From Candidatus Bathyarchaeia archaeon (GTDB lineage Archaea; Thermoproteota; Bathyarchaeia; Bathyarchaeales; Bathycorpusculaceae): a DNA stretch of 64,000 nucleotides. The notes under the pieces are model-generated. The model searched no databases. It worked only from the letters and a program-made list of their open reading frames with translations, and was not told where the DNA came from. Shown here one piece after another: positions 19,482 through 29,921 of the stretch. The translations under genes were made by a program, and so were the position numbers. Position 1 is the first letter of the stretch. Each line of letters starts with the position of its first letter. Where the stretch lies: the NCBI GenBank assembly GCA_037481775.1, contig JBBFKZ010000003.1, positions 1 through 64,000 on the forward strand, given 5' to 3'.

Positions 19482-20397
19482 TTACACTTCATCAAAATAA
19501 TCCACATCTATTTTCTTAATAGCATAGCTTTTTACTTCTGAAACACCTACATTATGTTCAATCAACAATTCAGCTAACATAAATCCATCAATTAAGACAA
19601 TCTTAGGCGAATCAATTTGATCCGCATATCCAAGGGCATCATTTGAAAAATTAGATGTCGATATGAAAATTCCTTTATTTGCACCTTGACCTTTTAGTGC
19701 TCCAACAAATTTTTGAATTTCAGGGCGTCCAACCGTACTCTCCCATCTTTTAGCTTGTATATATATTCTATCTAAGCCAAGTCGGTCTTCCTTGATTATG
19801 CCGTCAATTCCTTGATCACCACTTTGGCCAATTGCTTGTCCAGCATCTTTTCGAGAGCCGCCATGTCCCATTTTTACTAATAACTCGACAACGACTTTTT
19901 CAAAAAATTGCGGTGAGGCTTCCTTAATTTTTTTTCAACAAGTCCTCGATTAACTCAGATTTAATTCTTTTATAGGCTTCCTCTAATAATTCCTCTGGAT
20001 TCAAAGATTCAGGTATCTCTTTCTGAGCAGAGCGTTCTTTTTTTTCTTCTTCTTGTCTCGTTTTAAACTTAATGAACTCTGGAAATCGCCTTAGATATTT
20101 TACATCTATTTTTGCAGGTTTTCCGCTTAAAACCTTCAAACCCTTTTCAGTTATTTGATAGTGGCCTTTTTTGTTGATTCTAAAAGTCCTGCTTTTTCGA
20201 GATATAATCTTGCCCATCTAACGCGGTTATTGACAATCGGTTCAGTTCCACTTGGAAGGAGTTCTCTTTTCTCTTTTTTCAGTTAAGTTAAAAGTCTCGT
20301 AAATGTGCTCAATCAACTCATTCAATTTATGTTCTTTTTTGTCGCTAAGATATTCCAGAAGCGGTTTCATCATTGTTTCGTAGCTTGGAATTGGCAT
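19482..20397 (-). pseudogene. mrr: Mrr restriction endonuclease, three frameshifts
   Basis: MPIPSYETMMKPLL, LLPSG, NRVRWAR.YLEKAGLLES, FFEKVVVELL..MG, DQGIDG, YIQAKRW are recovered across frameshifts in T-runs at 20274-79, 20167-72 and 19928-35. Confidence 0.88.
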
Positions 20398-20819
20398 ACA
20401 AAGAAATATACTCGATTTGTTTAAAAAAATTTTTTACAAAACAGGCTATTCAAATTTATAAATTTACTTCCTTTTCTTTCATCGGTTTAGGTAATTCTAA
20501 CTTTTATTTTGACCAGATTATGATGATACTCGTGAAAGACTATTCGCTTTCTTAATCCTCTTTTCGTGAATTAAGCCTTGTTTCAAAATAATAGGCTAGC
20601 ATATCCGTTGCATCTTCACTGTTTGCTGTAAAGAGAACGTTAAGAAAATGCTGGAGCAATGTAAATAATTTTTTTAGCATATATCTGTTGAAGAACTCGG
20701 ATGAATTTTTCAAAGTTTACGCTTTAAGATGGTAAGGTTGTTGTATTTCAAATCTGTAATATAAAGTAACAAATTTTTATATAGACATTTTGTGAAAAAT
20801 AAAAAATTGGAAATACTCA

Positions 20820-21653
20820 ATGAATCACTTTCAATGCAAAATCTGTGGTAAGCAAGATGCTCTTATCTTCCAATGTAACTATTGCCGTAACTATTTCTGT
20901 GTAGAACATCATCTACCCGAAAACCATGACTGCACGAACAAGCCAAGAGCAGCACCATTCTATGTGAGACCGTTTGGAGGAGAATTCTCTGAACCATCAC
21001 CAACAATAAACTATCCTCTTCCAAAACAGCATTCTAAAACTAAGCTATTGAAGAAAATTGCTGCGGTTTTTGCTCTTGCGATAATAGCTGTTCTTTTACT
21101 TTATTCTACATATCCTATTCTTCACCAATTAACCCAAAATCCTTCAGGACTAAGCGCACCAACATTAACAACAACTTACGTTGAAGTTAACTATCGGACA
21201 GTAGGGTGGTTTTACAGTGAGAGTTGGGGTTCATCATACAACTACACTTATCTTGTGCTTAATGTAGCTATCACTAACCATGGTTACTCACAAGTCAATG
21301 TGTTTGGAGACAATGGTTTTTCTGTATTAATTGATAATTCTGAATATTTGCCATCCACTCTTGTCCACTCATTACATAATAGTTCAGGTACGTATTATGT
21401 TAATTATCCTTATGTTGGTACAACAACGGAACGTTTTAACTTAGGTTCAAGTTTACCAAGCTCCGCAAAATTACTCGATACAGGGAGCAGTGCAGGAATA
21501 ATAGTCTTTAAATTAGGCGACCCTGACGTATATCCGCCACAACCACAAATTCTCAATAAACCCTTTACTTTAAAATACTCAGTTACTTATGGGGAACATG
21601 GGTTTATTTTAACTGGTCCTTATGCGAAAGTTGTAATAAATCAAATTGGTTAA
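20820..21653 (+). CDS. AN1-type zinc finger + TM + extracellular domain protein
   Basis: CKICG...CNYC..YFCVEHHLPENHDC followed by a TM segment. Confidence 0.8.
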   Translation: MNHFQCKICGKQDALIFQCNYCRNYFCVEHHLPENHDCTNKPRAAPFYVRPFGGEFSEPSPTINYPLPKQHSKTKLLKKIAAVFALAIIAVLLLYSTYPILHQLTQNPSGLSAPTLTTTYVEVNYRTVGWFYSESWGSSYNYTYLVLNVAITNHGYSQVNVFGDNGFSVLIDNSEYLPSTLVHSLHNSSGTYYVNYPYVGTTTERFNLGSSLPSSAKLLDTGSSAGIIVFKLGDPDVYPPQPQILNKPFTLKYSVTYGEHGFILTGPYAKVVINQIG

Positions 21654-21873
21654 AATAAAATGACTACCATTACAAACATGCCAACAATTCAGCTATTCTA
21701 TTTAAAAAATTTTAATTTATATCTTAACCTTAGGCGGTTATTAGCGATTCATTGCAGAAACCTATAGAGGGGCTATCCGCCGCGGCAGCATACGCACGAG
21801 CCGCCTCATAGAATGAGGTCTAACTACCTTAAAGGTTGCTTTATAGAAACAGCGGCAAGCGTAAATGCTGAAG

Positions 21874-22725
21874 CTACTTTTTGAAGCATACAGCGGCATA
21901 CCCAACTACGCTTGAGTAATCGCCTGTTATGTCTCCGCTGCTCTTGTAGCAGAGCAGTTTCGCTTCCTTGGCACCCAATGCCCTTGCAGCGGTTATCACA
22001 GCAGTAATTGGGCCATAACCGCAAGCAGACACGCCGCGTGCCTCAATAATTGAGTAAAACTGTTTTGCATCCATGGCTTCCACAGCTTTAAGTGCCGCCA
22101 AATCCTTTGCTGCAGCGCTATTTTGCGGCTCGTAATGCGTCATGTCCGACGAAGCGATAACCACAGCGTTCCTGCCTGCTAAAACCTCAGCAAGCGCCTG
22201 CCCTACCTCCACCGCGGAGAACAAATCCTGCATTTGGAAGCATATCGGCACAAACCGGAATGTGGAGCCGTAAATGTACTGCAGAAAAGGCAGCTGAACC
22301 TCAATTGAATGCTCAAAACGATGTGCCAGCTCATCCACGTCCACCAAACGCGCCTTCTGCACTATGTGATGGGCTGTTTCGCTGTCGATTTCCACATCAC
22401 CCAAAGGTGTACGCCAAACGCCCTCCTTCATCAAAGCCAAAGCGCTGCCATAACCCGTATGGTTCGGACCCAAGATTACCACGGTGTCCGGCTTGCCGTC
22501 TGATGCCAACGCGTAATAGGCATGAGCTGCAACAGGGCCAGAATACATGTAGCCGGCATGTGGACAAACAAGACCGACTATTTTCCCAGGTCCTTTCTCG
22601 TTGACAACTGGAAGGCTTCTAGGACCTAACTCGTGAAGAAAGCAACTTTTAATCTGAGCTTTCAGCTCTTCGGCGTTCCCCTCGTAGAACATGCCTGCGA
22701 CACGCGGACGCCGAATTGCTGTCAT
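21874..22725 (-). CDS. AmmeMemoRadiSam protein B (MEMO1 family)
   Basis: RRPRVAGMFY, PHAGYMYSG, GPNH, EHSIEVQLPF, SSDMTHY, CGYGP; ATG at 22725. Confidence 0.92.
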   Translation of the reverse strand: MTAIRRPRVAGMFYEGNAEELKAQIKSCFLHELGPRSLPVVNEKGPGKIVGLVCPHAGYMYSGPVAAHAYYALASDGKPDTVVILGPNHTGYGSALALMKEGVWRTPLGDVEIDSETAHHIVQKARLVDVDELAHRFEHSIEVQLPFLQYIYGSTFRFVPICFQMQDLFSAVEVGQALAEVLAGRNAVVIASSDMTHYEPQNSAAAKDLAALKAVEAMDAKQFYSIIEARGVSACGYGPITAVITAARALGAKEAKLLCYKSSGDITGDYSSVVGYAAVCFKK

Positions 22726-22729
22726 CGGC

Positions 22730-23419
22730 TCAGCTTTCTTCCTCCTCTTCCTTTGAAAGTTTAGCTTCGAAATCTTCAATCGTCGCCGCTGGATCCTTAT
22801 CTGCTGCCAACTCGCCTCTTTCACGCAGAACCTGTCGAGCGAGAAGCCAGAAGATAACCGCCAAGGCTCTTCTGCCCTTATTGTTTGTCGGGATAACGAC
22901 GTCTACACCGGCGAATTCGTTGTCAGTGCTGCACAAAGCTACTATTGGTATGCCCATCTTCGACGCTTCTTTGACGGCTTGGGCGTCTGCTCTCGGATCC
23001 GAGACAACTATGACTTCAGGGTCTATTTTGTTTGTGTACAATGGGTTTGATAAAAGGCCTGGAATAAAGCGGCCCACAATTGGTGTAGCGCCGGTTAATT
23101 TGCAGAATTTCGTCACAGGTTCATGTGCGTAAAGTCTAGCGGCTGCTACAGCCACCTTTGCTGGTTCAATTCGTGCTAGGAATTTGGCAGCTATTCTTAT
23201 GCGCTCATCTGTTTTTTTGACGTCCAAGACAAATAATCCATCGGGTCTGACACGGTATATGAATTGTTCCATGTCTCGGGTTTTCATTCGTGTTCCAATG
23301 TGTATGCCTGCTGACAGAAGGGTGTCACGGGGTAGCAAAAGCCCCTCCATCATCGGCTCTTCTTGTTCTTTTTCAAGTTTAAATTCCGGCGAATTTCCAC
23401 CTAAATCTTCTTCAGACAT
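22730..23419 (-). CDS. rps2: 30S ribosomal protein S2
   Basis: AGIHIGT, RPDGL, GRFIPG, DPRAD.QA, PTNNKG. Confidence 0.96.
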   Translation of the reverse strand: MSEEDLGGNSPEFKLEKEQEEPMMEGLLLPRDTLLSAGIHIGTRMKTRDMEQFIYRVRPDGLFVLDVKKTDERIRIAAKFLARIEPAKVAVAAARLYAHEPVTKFCKLTGATPIVGRFIPGLLSNPLYTNKIDPEVIVVSDPRADAQAVKEASKMGIPIVALCSTDNEFAGVDVVIPTNNKGRRALAVIFWLLARQVLRERGELAADKDPAATIEDFEAKLSKEEEEES

Positions 23420-23434
23420 TTTCCATTTTTCTCC

Positions 23435-24688
23435 TTAGAGTATTTTCAAATTAGCCATTTTGGCTTTATCACCTAAGAAATGCTCGATCCTTATTAACTC
23501 ATTTATTTTCGCGACACGTGCGCCTTCAATGACGCCTGTTTTTATTATTGGGCATCGAAACGCCACAGCCAAGTGCGCAATATGCCAATCGCATGTGTCG
23601 CCAGAGCGGTGAGACATCACTGTTGTGTAGCCATGTTTTTGAGCCATCTCGATTGTTTCCAGCGCGTCTGTTAGCGTCCCAATCTGGTTAACCTTAATTA
23701 TAATTGCATTTGCCGCATTAATCTTTATTCCACGGTTTAATCGTTCGCTGTTTGTCGTGAACAAGTCGTCGCCGCAAATCAAGCAGTCATTAACTTTCTT
23801 GGTAAGTTCGGCGAAACTCTCAAAGTCCTCTTCGTGAAACGGATCTTCAACGTAAACAAGGTGATACTTCTCTATCAAGTCTAAAATAAATTCAAGCTGC
23901 TCAGCGCTGTCTCGTTTTTTCCCTTCATTCTCATAAACGTATTTGCCTTCTTTTTCGTTCCACAGCGAGGATGCGGCAGCATCAACGCCGAAGCCGCATT
24001 CAAAGTCTAACTCGTTGCTAACTTCTTCACATGCTTTGGAGATTACTTCTAATGCGTCCACGTTTCCGATGTTGGCAATCCATGCGCCTTCAGAGCTTAT
24101 TCCGCCGTTGAAAAGTTTATCTTTCTTTTTTAAGGCGTCGCCTATTTTTTTGTGAATTAGCGCATTTGCGGTTGCAGCTTCGAGGAATGATTCAGCACCA
24201 TAGGGTAGCGCCAAGTATTCTTGGATGTCTGGCGATTTACCACGCGTATGTGCGCCGCCACTTATGCAGTTTCCAAGTGGGTATGGAAGGGTATTAGCGA
24301 GGTTTCCGCCTAAAAATTGGAACAAAAGAAGACTATGCGAGTTTGCTGCGGCTTCCGCACTGGCTAAAGAGATGGCAAAAGCAGTGTTTCCGCCAATGTT
24401 GCTGAAGTTTTCTGTGCCATCAATCTCATGAAGCATGTTGTCAATTTCTTCCTGAGAATCAGCGTTTAAACCAGCTATTTCAGGCGCTATCAACTCATCG
24501 ATCTTTTTAAGCGCCTGGTCCACTCCACCTTGCGGATAGTAAACCACTTCAGCGTTGCCGCGGCTTTTTCCGGAGGGAGCTGAGGCTCTTCCGAAACCTG
24601 AAGCAGTTATAACGTCAACTTCGATGGTTTCTTCTCCTCTGCTATTGAAGATTTTTCGGGCAATTATATCTTCAATCGTTGACGACAC
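23435..24688 (-). CDS. eno: Enolase
   Basis: NSRG, GGAH, EDPF, GDDLFTTN, IKVNQIGT, SHRSG. Confidence 0.93.
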   Translation of the reverse strand: MSSTIEDIIARKIFNSRGEETIEVDVITASGFGRASAPSGKSRGNAEVVYYPQGGVDQALKKIDELIAPEIAGLNADSQEEIDNMLHEIDGTENFSNIGGNTAFAISLASAEAAANSHSLLLFQFLGGNLANTLPYPLGNCISGGAHTRGKSPDIQEYLALPYGAESFLEAATANALIHKKIGDALKKKDKLFNGGISSEGAWIANIGNVDALEVISKACEEVSNELDFECGFGVDAAASSLWNEKEGKYVYENEGKKRDSAEQLEFILDLIEKYHLVYVEDPFHEEDFESFAELTKKVNDCLICGDDLFTTNSERLNRGIKINAANAIIIKVNQIGTLTDALETIEMAQKHGYTTVMSHRSGDTCDWHIAHLAVAFRCPIIKTGVIEGARVAKINELIRIEHFLGDKAKMANLKIL

Positions 24689-24895
24689 AGTTTTTAGCCT
24701 CGCGCTATACCCTTTTATTTAGCTATTATTTACTCTTTCGGAAAATTGACATTTAACTTGATGTTTAAAAAAGGACATGCGCACATCCATGGGCGAGGCC
24801 CGTAGAGAAAGCGGCAAACAGCGCGAGACTATGCTGCGGCTTCTTTGCTTTCTGAAAATTAAGCATAGCTAAAAATAAATCTAATCGCTTACTTC

Positions 24896-26044
24896 TTGGG
24901 TACTATGCGACTAATGCTTAGCTGTTCTGAGCTCGGTTTAGGGCATGTTTCCCGACTCCTACCGCTGGGGAAAAAACTAGAAGAAAGAGGACACGACTTA
25001 TTCTTTTTCTCTGGAGGCAAAGCCTACGAACTGCTACGTAAAGAATTCAAGCATGTTTATCCATGCACGCCTGTAGCATGGTACGAAAACTCGGCTGGAA
25101 TAGTCACTTCCGCATCGCTCATAAACATACTATTTCCTCTTCCCTACTTCAATCATGAAAAAGGCAAATTTGAGATTAAAAATTCAAGCGGCATGGAAAC
25201 CATCCACCGCTACTACGACTTGCGACGGCACATCAGGAAAATTAAGCCTGACTTGATAGTCGCTGATGGCGACATACATGCGCTACGACTCGCAAGCAGA
25301 TGGAATGTTCGCTCAGTCTACATAACAAACGTCATCAGACCAAGTTATAGCTTTGCCACGGTGCTTAGCCCAGGCGAGAGGCTCGTTGAACGTTACGTGA
25401 AGCAATGCACAAAAATAATCATTCCTGACAACCCGTCGCCCTATACCATCAGCGAATATAACCTAGGCGACTTGGAAAGCGTGGGCATAAGCGAAAAAGT
25501 CGAGTTTGTAGGCAGCTTCCTCGACACAACCTACACGCCTGGCGTAGAGGAGCATATTTTCGTTCCAATAAGCGGACCTTACGGAACACGAGCTAAACTG
25601 ATGCAGACGGTGCTTCCATTATTCGAGCAGAGTGAAACGAAAAGCGTAATAAGCTTGGGGATACCAGGCGAAAAAGTCACTATGAAGAGAGGCAACTGCG
25701 AGATACATACATGGCTATCTACACAGGAACGGCAAGAGTACATGAAAAACGCGTTGTTGGTCATCTTTAGTGGTGGGCACATGAGCTGCTTTGAGACCAT
25801 AAAATATGCGAAGCCAAGCATTTGCATTCCAACGCAACCTGAGCAGATGGGGAACGCGGCGAAGCTTCAAAAGCTGAAATGCTCAGTAACCGTGAAAAAC
25901 AAGCGAGAAATGAAGGCGGCTCTCCAGAAAATCGAGAGGGAAAGGCAAGTTTTTAAAAGAAGCGTTATGGCGCTTAACGCGTTTTCCAGCAGGTTTAAGG
26001 GCTTGAAGCAGGCAGTTGAGATTATCGAAAGCGTAATAAAATGA
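24896..26044 (+). CDS. GT-B glycosyltransferase (GT28/MJ1255-like)
   Basis: GLGHVSR, GGH, P...EQ..NA motifs. Confidence 0.8.
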   Translation: MGTMRLMLSCSELGLGHVSRLLPLGKKLEERGHDLFFFSGGKAYELLRKEFKHVYPCTPVAWYENSAGIVTSASLINILFPLPYFNHEKGKFEIKNSSGMETIHRYYDLRRHIRKIKPDLIVADGDIHALRLASRWNVRSVYITNVIRPSYSFATVLSPGERLVERYVKQCTKIIIPDNPSPYTISEYNLGDLESVGISEKVEFVGSFLDTTYTPGVEEHIFVPISGPYGTRAKLMQTVLPLFEQSETKSVISLGIPGEKVTMKRGNCEIHTWLSTQERQEYMKNALLVIFSGGHMSCFETIKYAKPSICIPTQPEQMGNAAKLQKLKCSVTVKNKREMKAALQKIERERQVFKRSVMALNAFSSRFKGLKQAVEIIESVIK

Positions 26045-26055
26045 GCAGGTGATGC

Positions 26056-26682
26056 TTACTTTCCGCTTAGGTGCAAGCGTTTAACCTTGCCTTCAGGTGT
26101 CTCCTCTTCAAAAATTATGGCGTTGAACTTGTAAATTTTGGTGCCCTTCGTCAGCCAACTATCCGGCGCAAGCCCAGCTTTAATGCAGCATTGGCAGAGA
26201 AACTCCTCTTCGCACCAGCCCCATTCAACAGGCACCTGCGGCAGAAGCAACCCTTTAAAGAAGCCTTTTTCCACGATTAAGCCGTCTTCACCAACCTTAA
26301 TTTTGGAAACATACTCTTCTGGCTTATTCACTTCCACCAGCTCAGGTGGCGTAAGCACACTTACTTCAAAAACCACATTGCAATACTCTTTTAGAGAAAG
26401 CGGGCGGAAACGTGGATCTCGTGTTGCCGCGCTTATGGCGGAATCTATAACTGCTTCCACAAGCGGAGCAGTTGGGTAAGGGTAGCCTATGCAACCTCTA
26501 AGCGTTTTTTCACCGTTTCGCAAACTGTTTATGGTGACAAAAACGCCGCAGTGCGTAAACAGTTTTTTAGGAGTATCCGGAGGAGCTTTAATGGTTTCTT
26601 CTGTTTGCAAGTACTCTTTTACCGCCTTTCGTGCAAGTTTGACAAGGAAAGTGCCTTCTTCCAAGCTTAATTCGAAGGGCAA
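26056..26682 (-). CDS. AmmeMemoRadiSam protein A (AMMECR1 family)
   Basis: GVFVT, LRGCIG, DPRF, EVSVLT, GLLLPQV. Confidence 0.93.
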   Translation of the reverse strand: MPFELSLEEGTFLVKLARKAVKEYLQTEETIKAPPDTPKKLFTHCGVFVTINSLRNGEKTLRGCIGYPYPTAPLVEAVIDSAISAATRDPRFRPLSLKEYCNVVFEVSVLTPPELVEVNKPEEYVSKIKVGEDGLIVEKGFFKGLLLPQVPVEWGWCEEEFLCQCCIKAGLAPDSWLTKGTKIYKFNAIIFEEETPEGKVKRLHLSGK

Positions 26683-26759
26683 AGCGGTTTTTCTCCATAC
26701 AATGGGAATTACGTACTTTCAGCGAATTAAATGCTATAGGCTCTTGTTAAGCTACTGGC

Positions 26760-27389
26760 TTAAAATTTTATTGACTCTTCAGTCATGCCGTCTTTTGTTA
26801 TTATTAGGAAGTCTATGCCGTCGCCGCTCATGGAGTCTCGGCTTATGGCGGATTTTATGGCTCTGGTCACCAGAGCTTTTGCCTCTTCTATGCTTAGCCC
26901 CTCTTTGTAGCCTTCTTCTAGAACGCCCATGGCTATTTCTGTTCCAGAACCGACTGCGGCATATTTGTCGGGTATTAGTGATCCCAGAACGTCCAGCACG
27001 TAAAGTGATGGTCCTTCTTCGTCTAAACCGCCTACAATTGTCTGCGTGATCAGTGGCGCGTACCGGCGGTTGAAGAGGATAACGGACATGAGTTTAGCGG
27101 CGGCTTTCACAGAGATTTTTCTACCAGTATCCATGCTGAACAGGTTGGCTTGTGCCTCTACTTCTCGCGCGAGGATTTGCATGTCGCTGACAAGCCCAGC
27201 ACATGCTGCGCCTATTTGATCGGTTATTTTGAAAACTTTTTTGACGCCTTTGCTTACTACAAGGTAGCCGTATGTGGCGCGTTTTTCAGAAGCTAAAATA
27301 ACGCCATCTTTACAGACAACTCCTATTGTTGTCGCGCCAGGAATCCAAACATATCCCTGCTGTTGAGCTTGCGCGCCGTATCCTTCCAT
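26760..27389 (-). CDS. psmB: Proteasome beta subunit (Thr1 replaced by Ala)
   Basis: GATTIGVVCKDGVILASEKR, AGLVSD, GSG, RD.MSGDG; ATG at 27389. Confidence 0.92.
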   Translation of the reverse strand: MEGYGAQAQQQGYVWIPGATTIGVVCKDGVILASEKRATYGYLVVSKGVKKVFKITDQIGAACAGLVSDMQILAREVEAQANLFSMDTGRKISVKAAAKLMSVILFNRRYAPLITQTIVGGLDEEGPSLYVLDVLGSLIPDKYAAVGSGTEIAMGVLEEGYKEGLSIEEAKALVTRAIKSAISRDSMSGDGIDFLIITKDGMTEESIKF

Positions 27390-27542
27390 AAATTTTTCAC
27401 CTTTGCCGTTGATATACACATGCAAACCTATTAAGGTTACTTATAAACTACGTTAAACAAGTTCGTTCAACATGATGATTAAGAGCTATGGCTGCAAGTT
27501 AGCTTATTAATGTGCAGCGTGAACTGTTTCTGTTGATGTAGA

Positions 27543-27695
27543 ATGAGTGCTTCTGAACCTGTGAGATGCCAGAGATGCAGGAAGCCCCTGGATTATGTAA
27601 CTATTTTCGCAAAAGGTTTGTTACGTTTCCAGCAACCTCTTCGGAATGTTACCGTAGTTGCTATCTGCGTGGAGTGCTTCGAGAGAAAACAGTAG
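27543..27695 (+). CDS. 50-aa zinc-finger microprotein (absent from the ORF track)
   Basis: MSASEPVRCQRCRKPLDYV...VAICVECFERKQ*; two CxxC pairs. Confidence 0.6.
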   Translation: MSASEPVRCQRCRKPLDYVTIFAKGLLRFQQPLRNVTVVAICVECFERKQ

Positions 27696-27761
27696 CTGAA
27701 GACCCACAGGTAAAAAGCTTTTACAACATAGTCGCCTTCAGTATAGCATGGGTTTAAGAAA

Positions 27762-28355
27762 TTGATAGGTGTTTATGCCAAAAACTTTGGCGAAGTCTGG
27801 TTCGGCGTTGCATGCAATGAGCAGCGCGTTTTCAGCACTTCTTTTGCCGGCAGCGAGCAAGACGTTTTGAGATGCTTACTGGCGGGTGTACCGTTTAATG
27901 TTCCCTTCCAAGTTTTTCAAGCGCCTTCAGCTTTAGCTGAAAAAGTGCTTGCAGTAGTGAAAAACGTTTACGACGGAAAGGGGACTTCGCACGCTCTATG
28001 CTTAGCCATGGAGCATCTGCCTAAATACACTAGAAAAGTGCTGGAGGCAACAAGCCTGATACCCATAGGCTACGTGGCTTCTTACGGCGCCCTCGCCAAA
28101 GCTGTTGGAGGCAGCCCAAGAGCAGTCGGCAACGTAATGGCCATGAACCCCTTCGCGCCTGTCATACCCTGCCACCGAGTTGTCAGCGCAGACTTCACAT
28201 TGGGCGGTTACGGCTGGGGTTTAGCTGTGAAGGCTGCGTTATTACGGCGTGAAAAGCAGGGTTACACCTCTTCAAAGATGATTTCGGTTGATTGCGGGGA
28301 ATTGCAGGTTTTTCCTGTTGAGTATGTGCTGAAAAAATTGGAAAAAGCCTACTGA
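27762..28355 (+). CDS. ogt: Methylated-DNA-protein-cysteine methyltransferase
   Basis: SYG.LA, RAVG, NP...IPCHRVV, GGY. Confidence 0.92.
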   Translation: MIGVYAKNFGEVWFGVACNEQRVFSTSFAGSEQDVLRCLLAGVPFNVPFQVFQAPSALAEKVLAVVKNVYDGKGTSHALCLAMEHLPKYTRKVLEATSLIPIGYVASYGALAKAVGGSPRAVGNVMAMNPFAPVIPCHRVVSADFTLGGYGWGLAVKAALLRREKQGYTSSKMISVDCGELQVFPVEYVLKKLEKAY

Positions 28356-28443
28356 TGGGGATGATGGCTTTTGTTTATTCTCTGATGCTCTGTGTAGCCT
28401 ATAGCCACTTATTTAAAGGCGGAAGCGTTGAGCGAGCAGCGTT

Positions 28444-29604
28444 TTAGAAGAAGCTTTGTACGGGTGAATCTTCGGCGGCTACTGCTACTCCGATTTCTTC
28501 GATTTTTGTTTTGGTTAAAGCCTTTATCTTGTTGAAGTCGGCCAGTTCGCCGTAGCTTACTAGCGTTATGGCAGTGCCTTCTTCTCCTTTGCGTGCAGTC
28601 CTGCCGATGCGGTGGAAGTAAACAGGAGCATCCAGCGGCACATCGTAATTTATTATGTGTGTTATGCCCTCTATGTCTAATCCTCTAGCTGCGACATCGG
28701 TAGCTACGAGAAGGCGCAGTCGATCCCGTCGGAAATCATTGATTACGAGGTCTCTTTGCGGTTGAGTGAAACCAGCATGCAACGCCTGAGCTCTATGCCC
28801 CTTTCGGCTTAGCTGCTCTGAAAGTTTGCTTGCGCCTCGGCGTGTGCGACAGAAAATTATGGCTTTTCCCATGGGATTCTCGTAGAGTATTTTGCAGAGA
28901 ACCTCAAACTTGGCGTGCTGATTGACAATAGTATAGTACTGTTTCATCTGTGTTAATGCAATTTCATCTTTGCTTACAAGGATCTTCTCCGGTTTTCGCA
29001 AGTACCTGTTGCAGACACTCATCACCGCTTCATCTATTGTTGCTGAGAAGAGACAAGTCTGCCTGCTCGACGGCGTTTTGGCAAGAATGTACTTTATGTC
29101 TTCGATGAAGCCCATGTCCAGCATTCTGTCCGCCTCGTCAAGAACCACCATTTTAACCGACGATAAGTCCAGTACCCGTCTCTCAAGCAAATCAATTACG
29201 CGGCCTGGCGTACCTACGACGATATGGACGCCGCTTGAGAGCTCCCGTATCTGCTTTCCAATTGAGGTGCCGCCGTAAACCGGCAAGATCTTCAGTCCAG
29301 TGTACTTCGCGAAGAATTTGATGTTATCCGCAACTTGCACAGCCAGTTCGCGTGTTGGCACTAAAACTAAACCTTGAACTTTTCTTATTTCGGGATTTAA
29401 CTTTTCAACCATGGGCACGCCGAACGCGGCGGTTTTCCCCGTGCCCGTTTGTGCTTGCCCGATGACATCTTTGCCTTCGAGCAACGGCACTATCGCTTGA
29501 GCTTGAATTGGAAAAAGACTTTTAAACCCAAGTTCTTCAACGCCTTTCAAGACCTCCATGCTTATGGGTAAGTCTTGGAATGATTGTATATTCATTATGT
29601 TCAT
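28444..29604 (-). CDS. DEAD-box RNA helicase
   Basis: AQTGTGKT, PTRELA, TPGR, DEAD, SAT, ARGLD, HRIGRTAR. Confidence 0.95.
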   Translation of the reverse strand: MNIMNIQSFQDLPISMEVLKGVEELGFKSLFPIQAQAIVPLLEGKDVIGQAQTGTGKTAAFGVPMVEKLNPEIRKVQGLVLVPTRELAVQVADNIKFFAKYTGLKILPVYGGTSIGKQIRELSSGVHIVVGTPGRVIDLLERRVLDLSSVKMVVLDEADRMLDMGFIEDIKYILAKTPSSRQTCLFSATIDEAVMSVCNRYLRKPEKILVSKDEIALTQMKQYYTIVNQHAKFEVLCKILYENPMGKAIIFCRTRRGASKLSEQLSRKGHRAQALHAGFTQPQRDLVINDFRRDRLRLLVATDVAARGLDIEGITHIINYDVPLDAPVYFHRIGRTARKGEEGTAITLVSYGELADFNKIKALTKTKIEEIGVAVAAEDSPVQSFF

Positions 29605-29921
29605 TTTCTCCTGCCACAGAATCTTCATGACTTTTCAAAAGCTTACAAAAGCTTCGTTAATGACATGATTAATGTGACGTAACAAAGCTCTTAACGCGCC
29701 TATAAAAAGCTTTAGCAAGCTTTCAACCGAAAGAAACACGACTTAAGCCTATTTCGCCATAGACGACAAGCAAATAATTAATCCAGTTGCGCGCTGGGTT
29801 ACCCCGAGGATGCATGCATCAGCAATCAGCAAAGACAGGACTAAGGCAATAGACTGTATTGTAAAAAGTATGTGCCAGCAAGACAAACATGCAGGAAAGC
29901 AGTGCTGAAAGCGAGTTGCTG

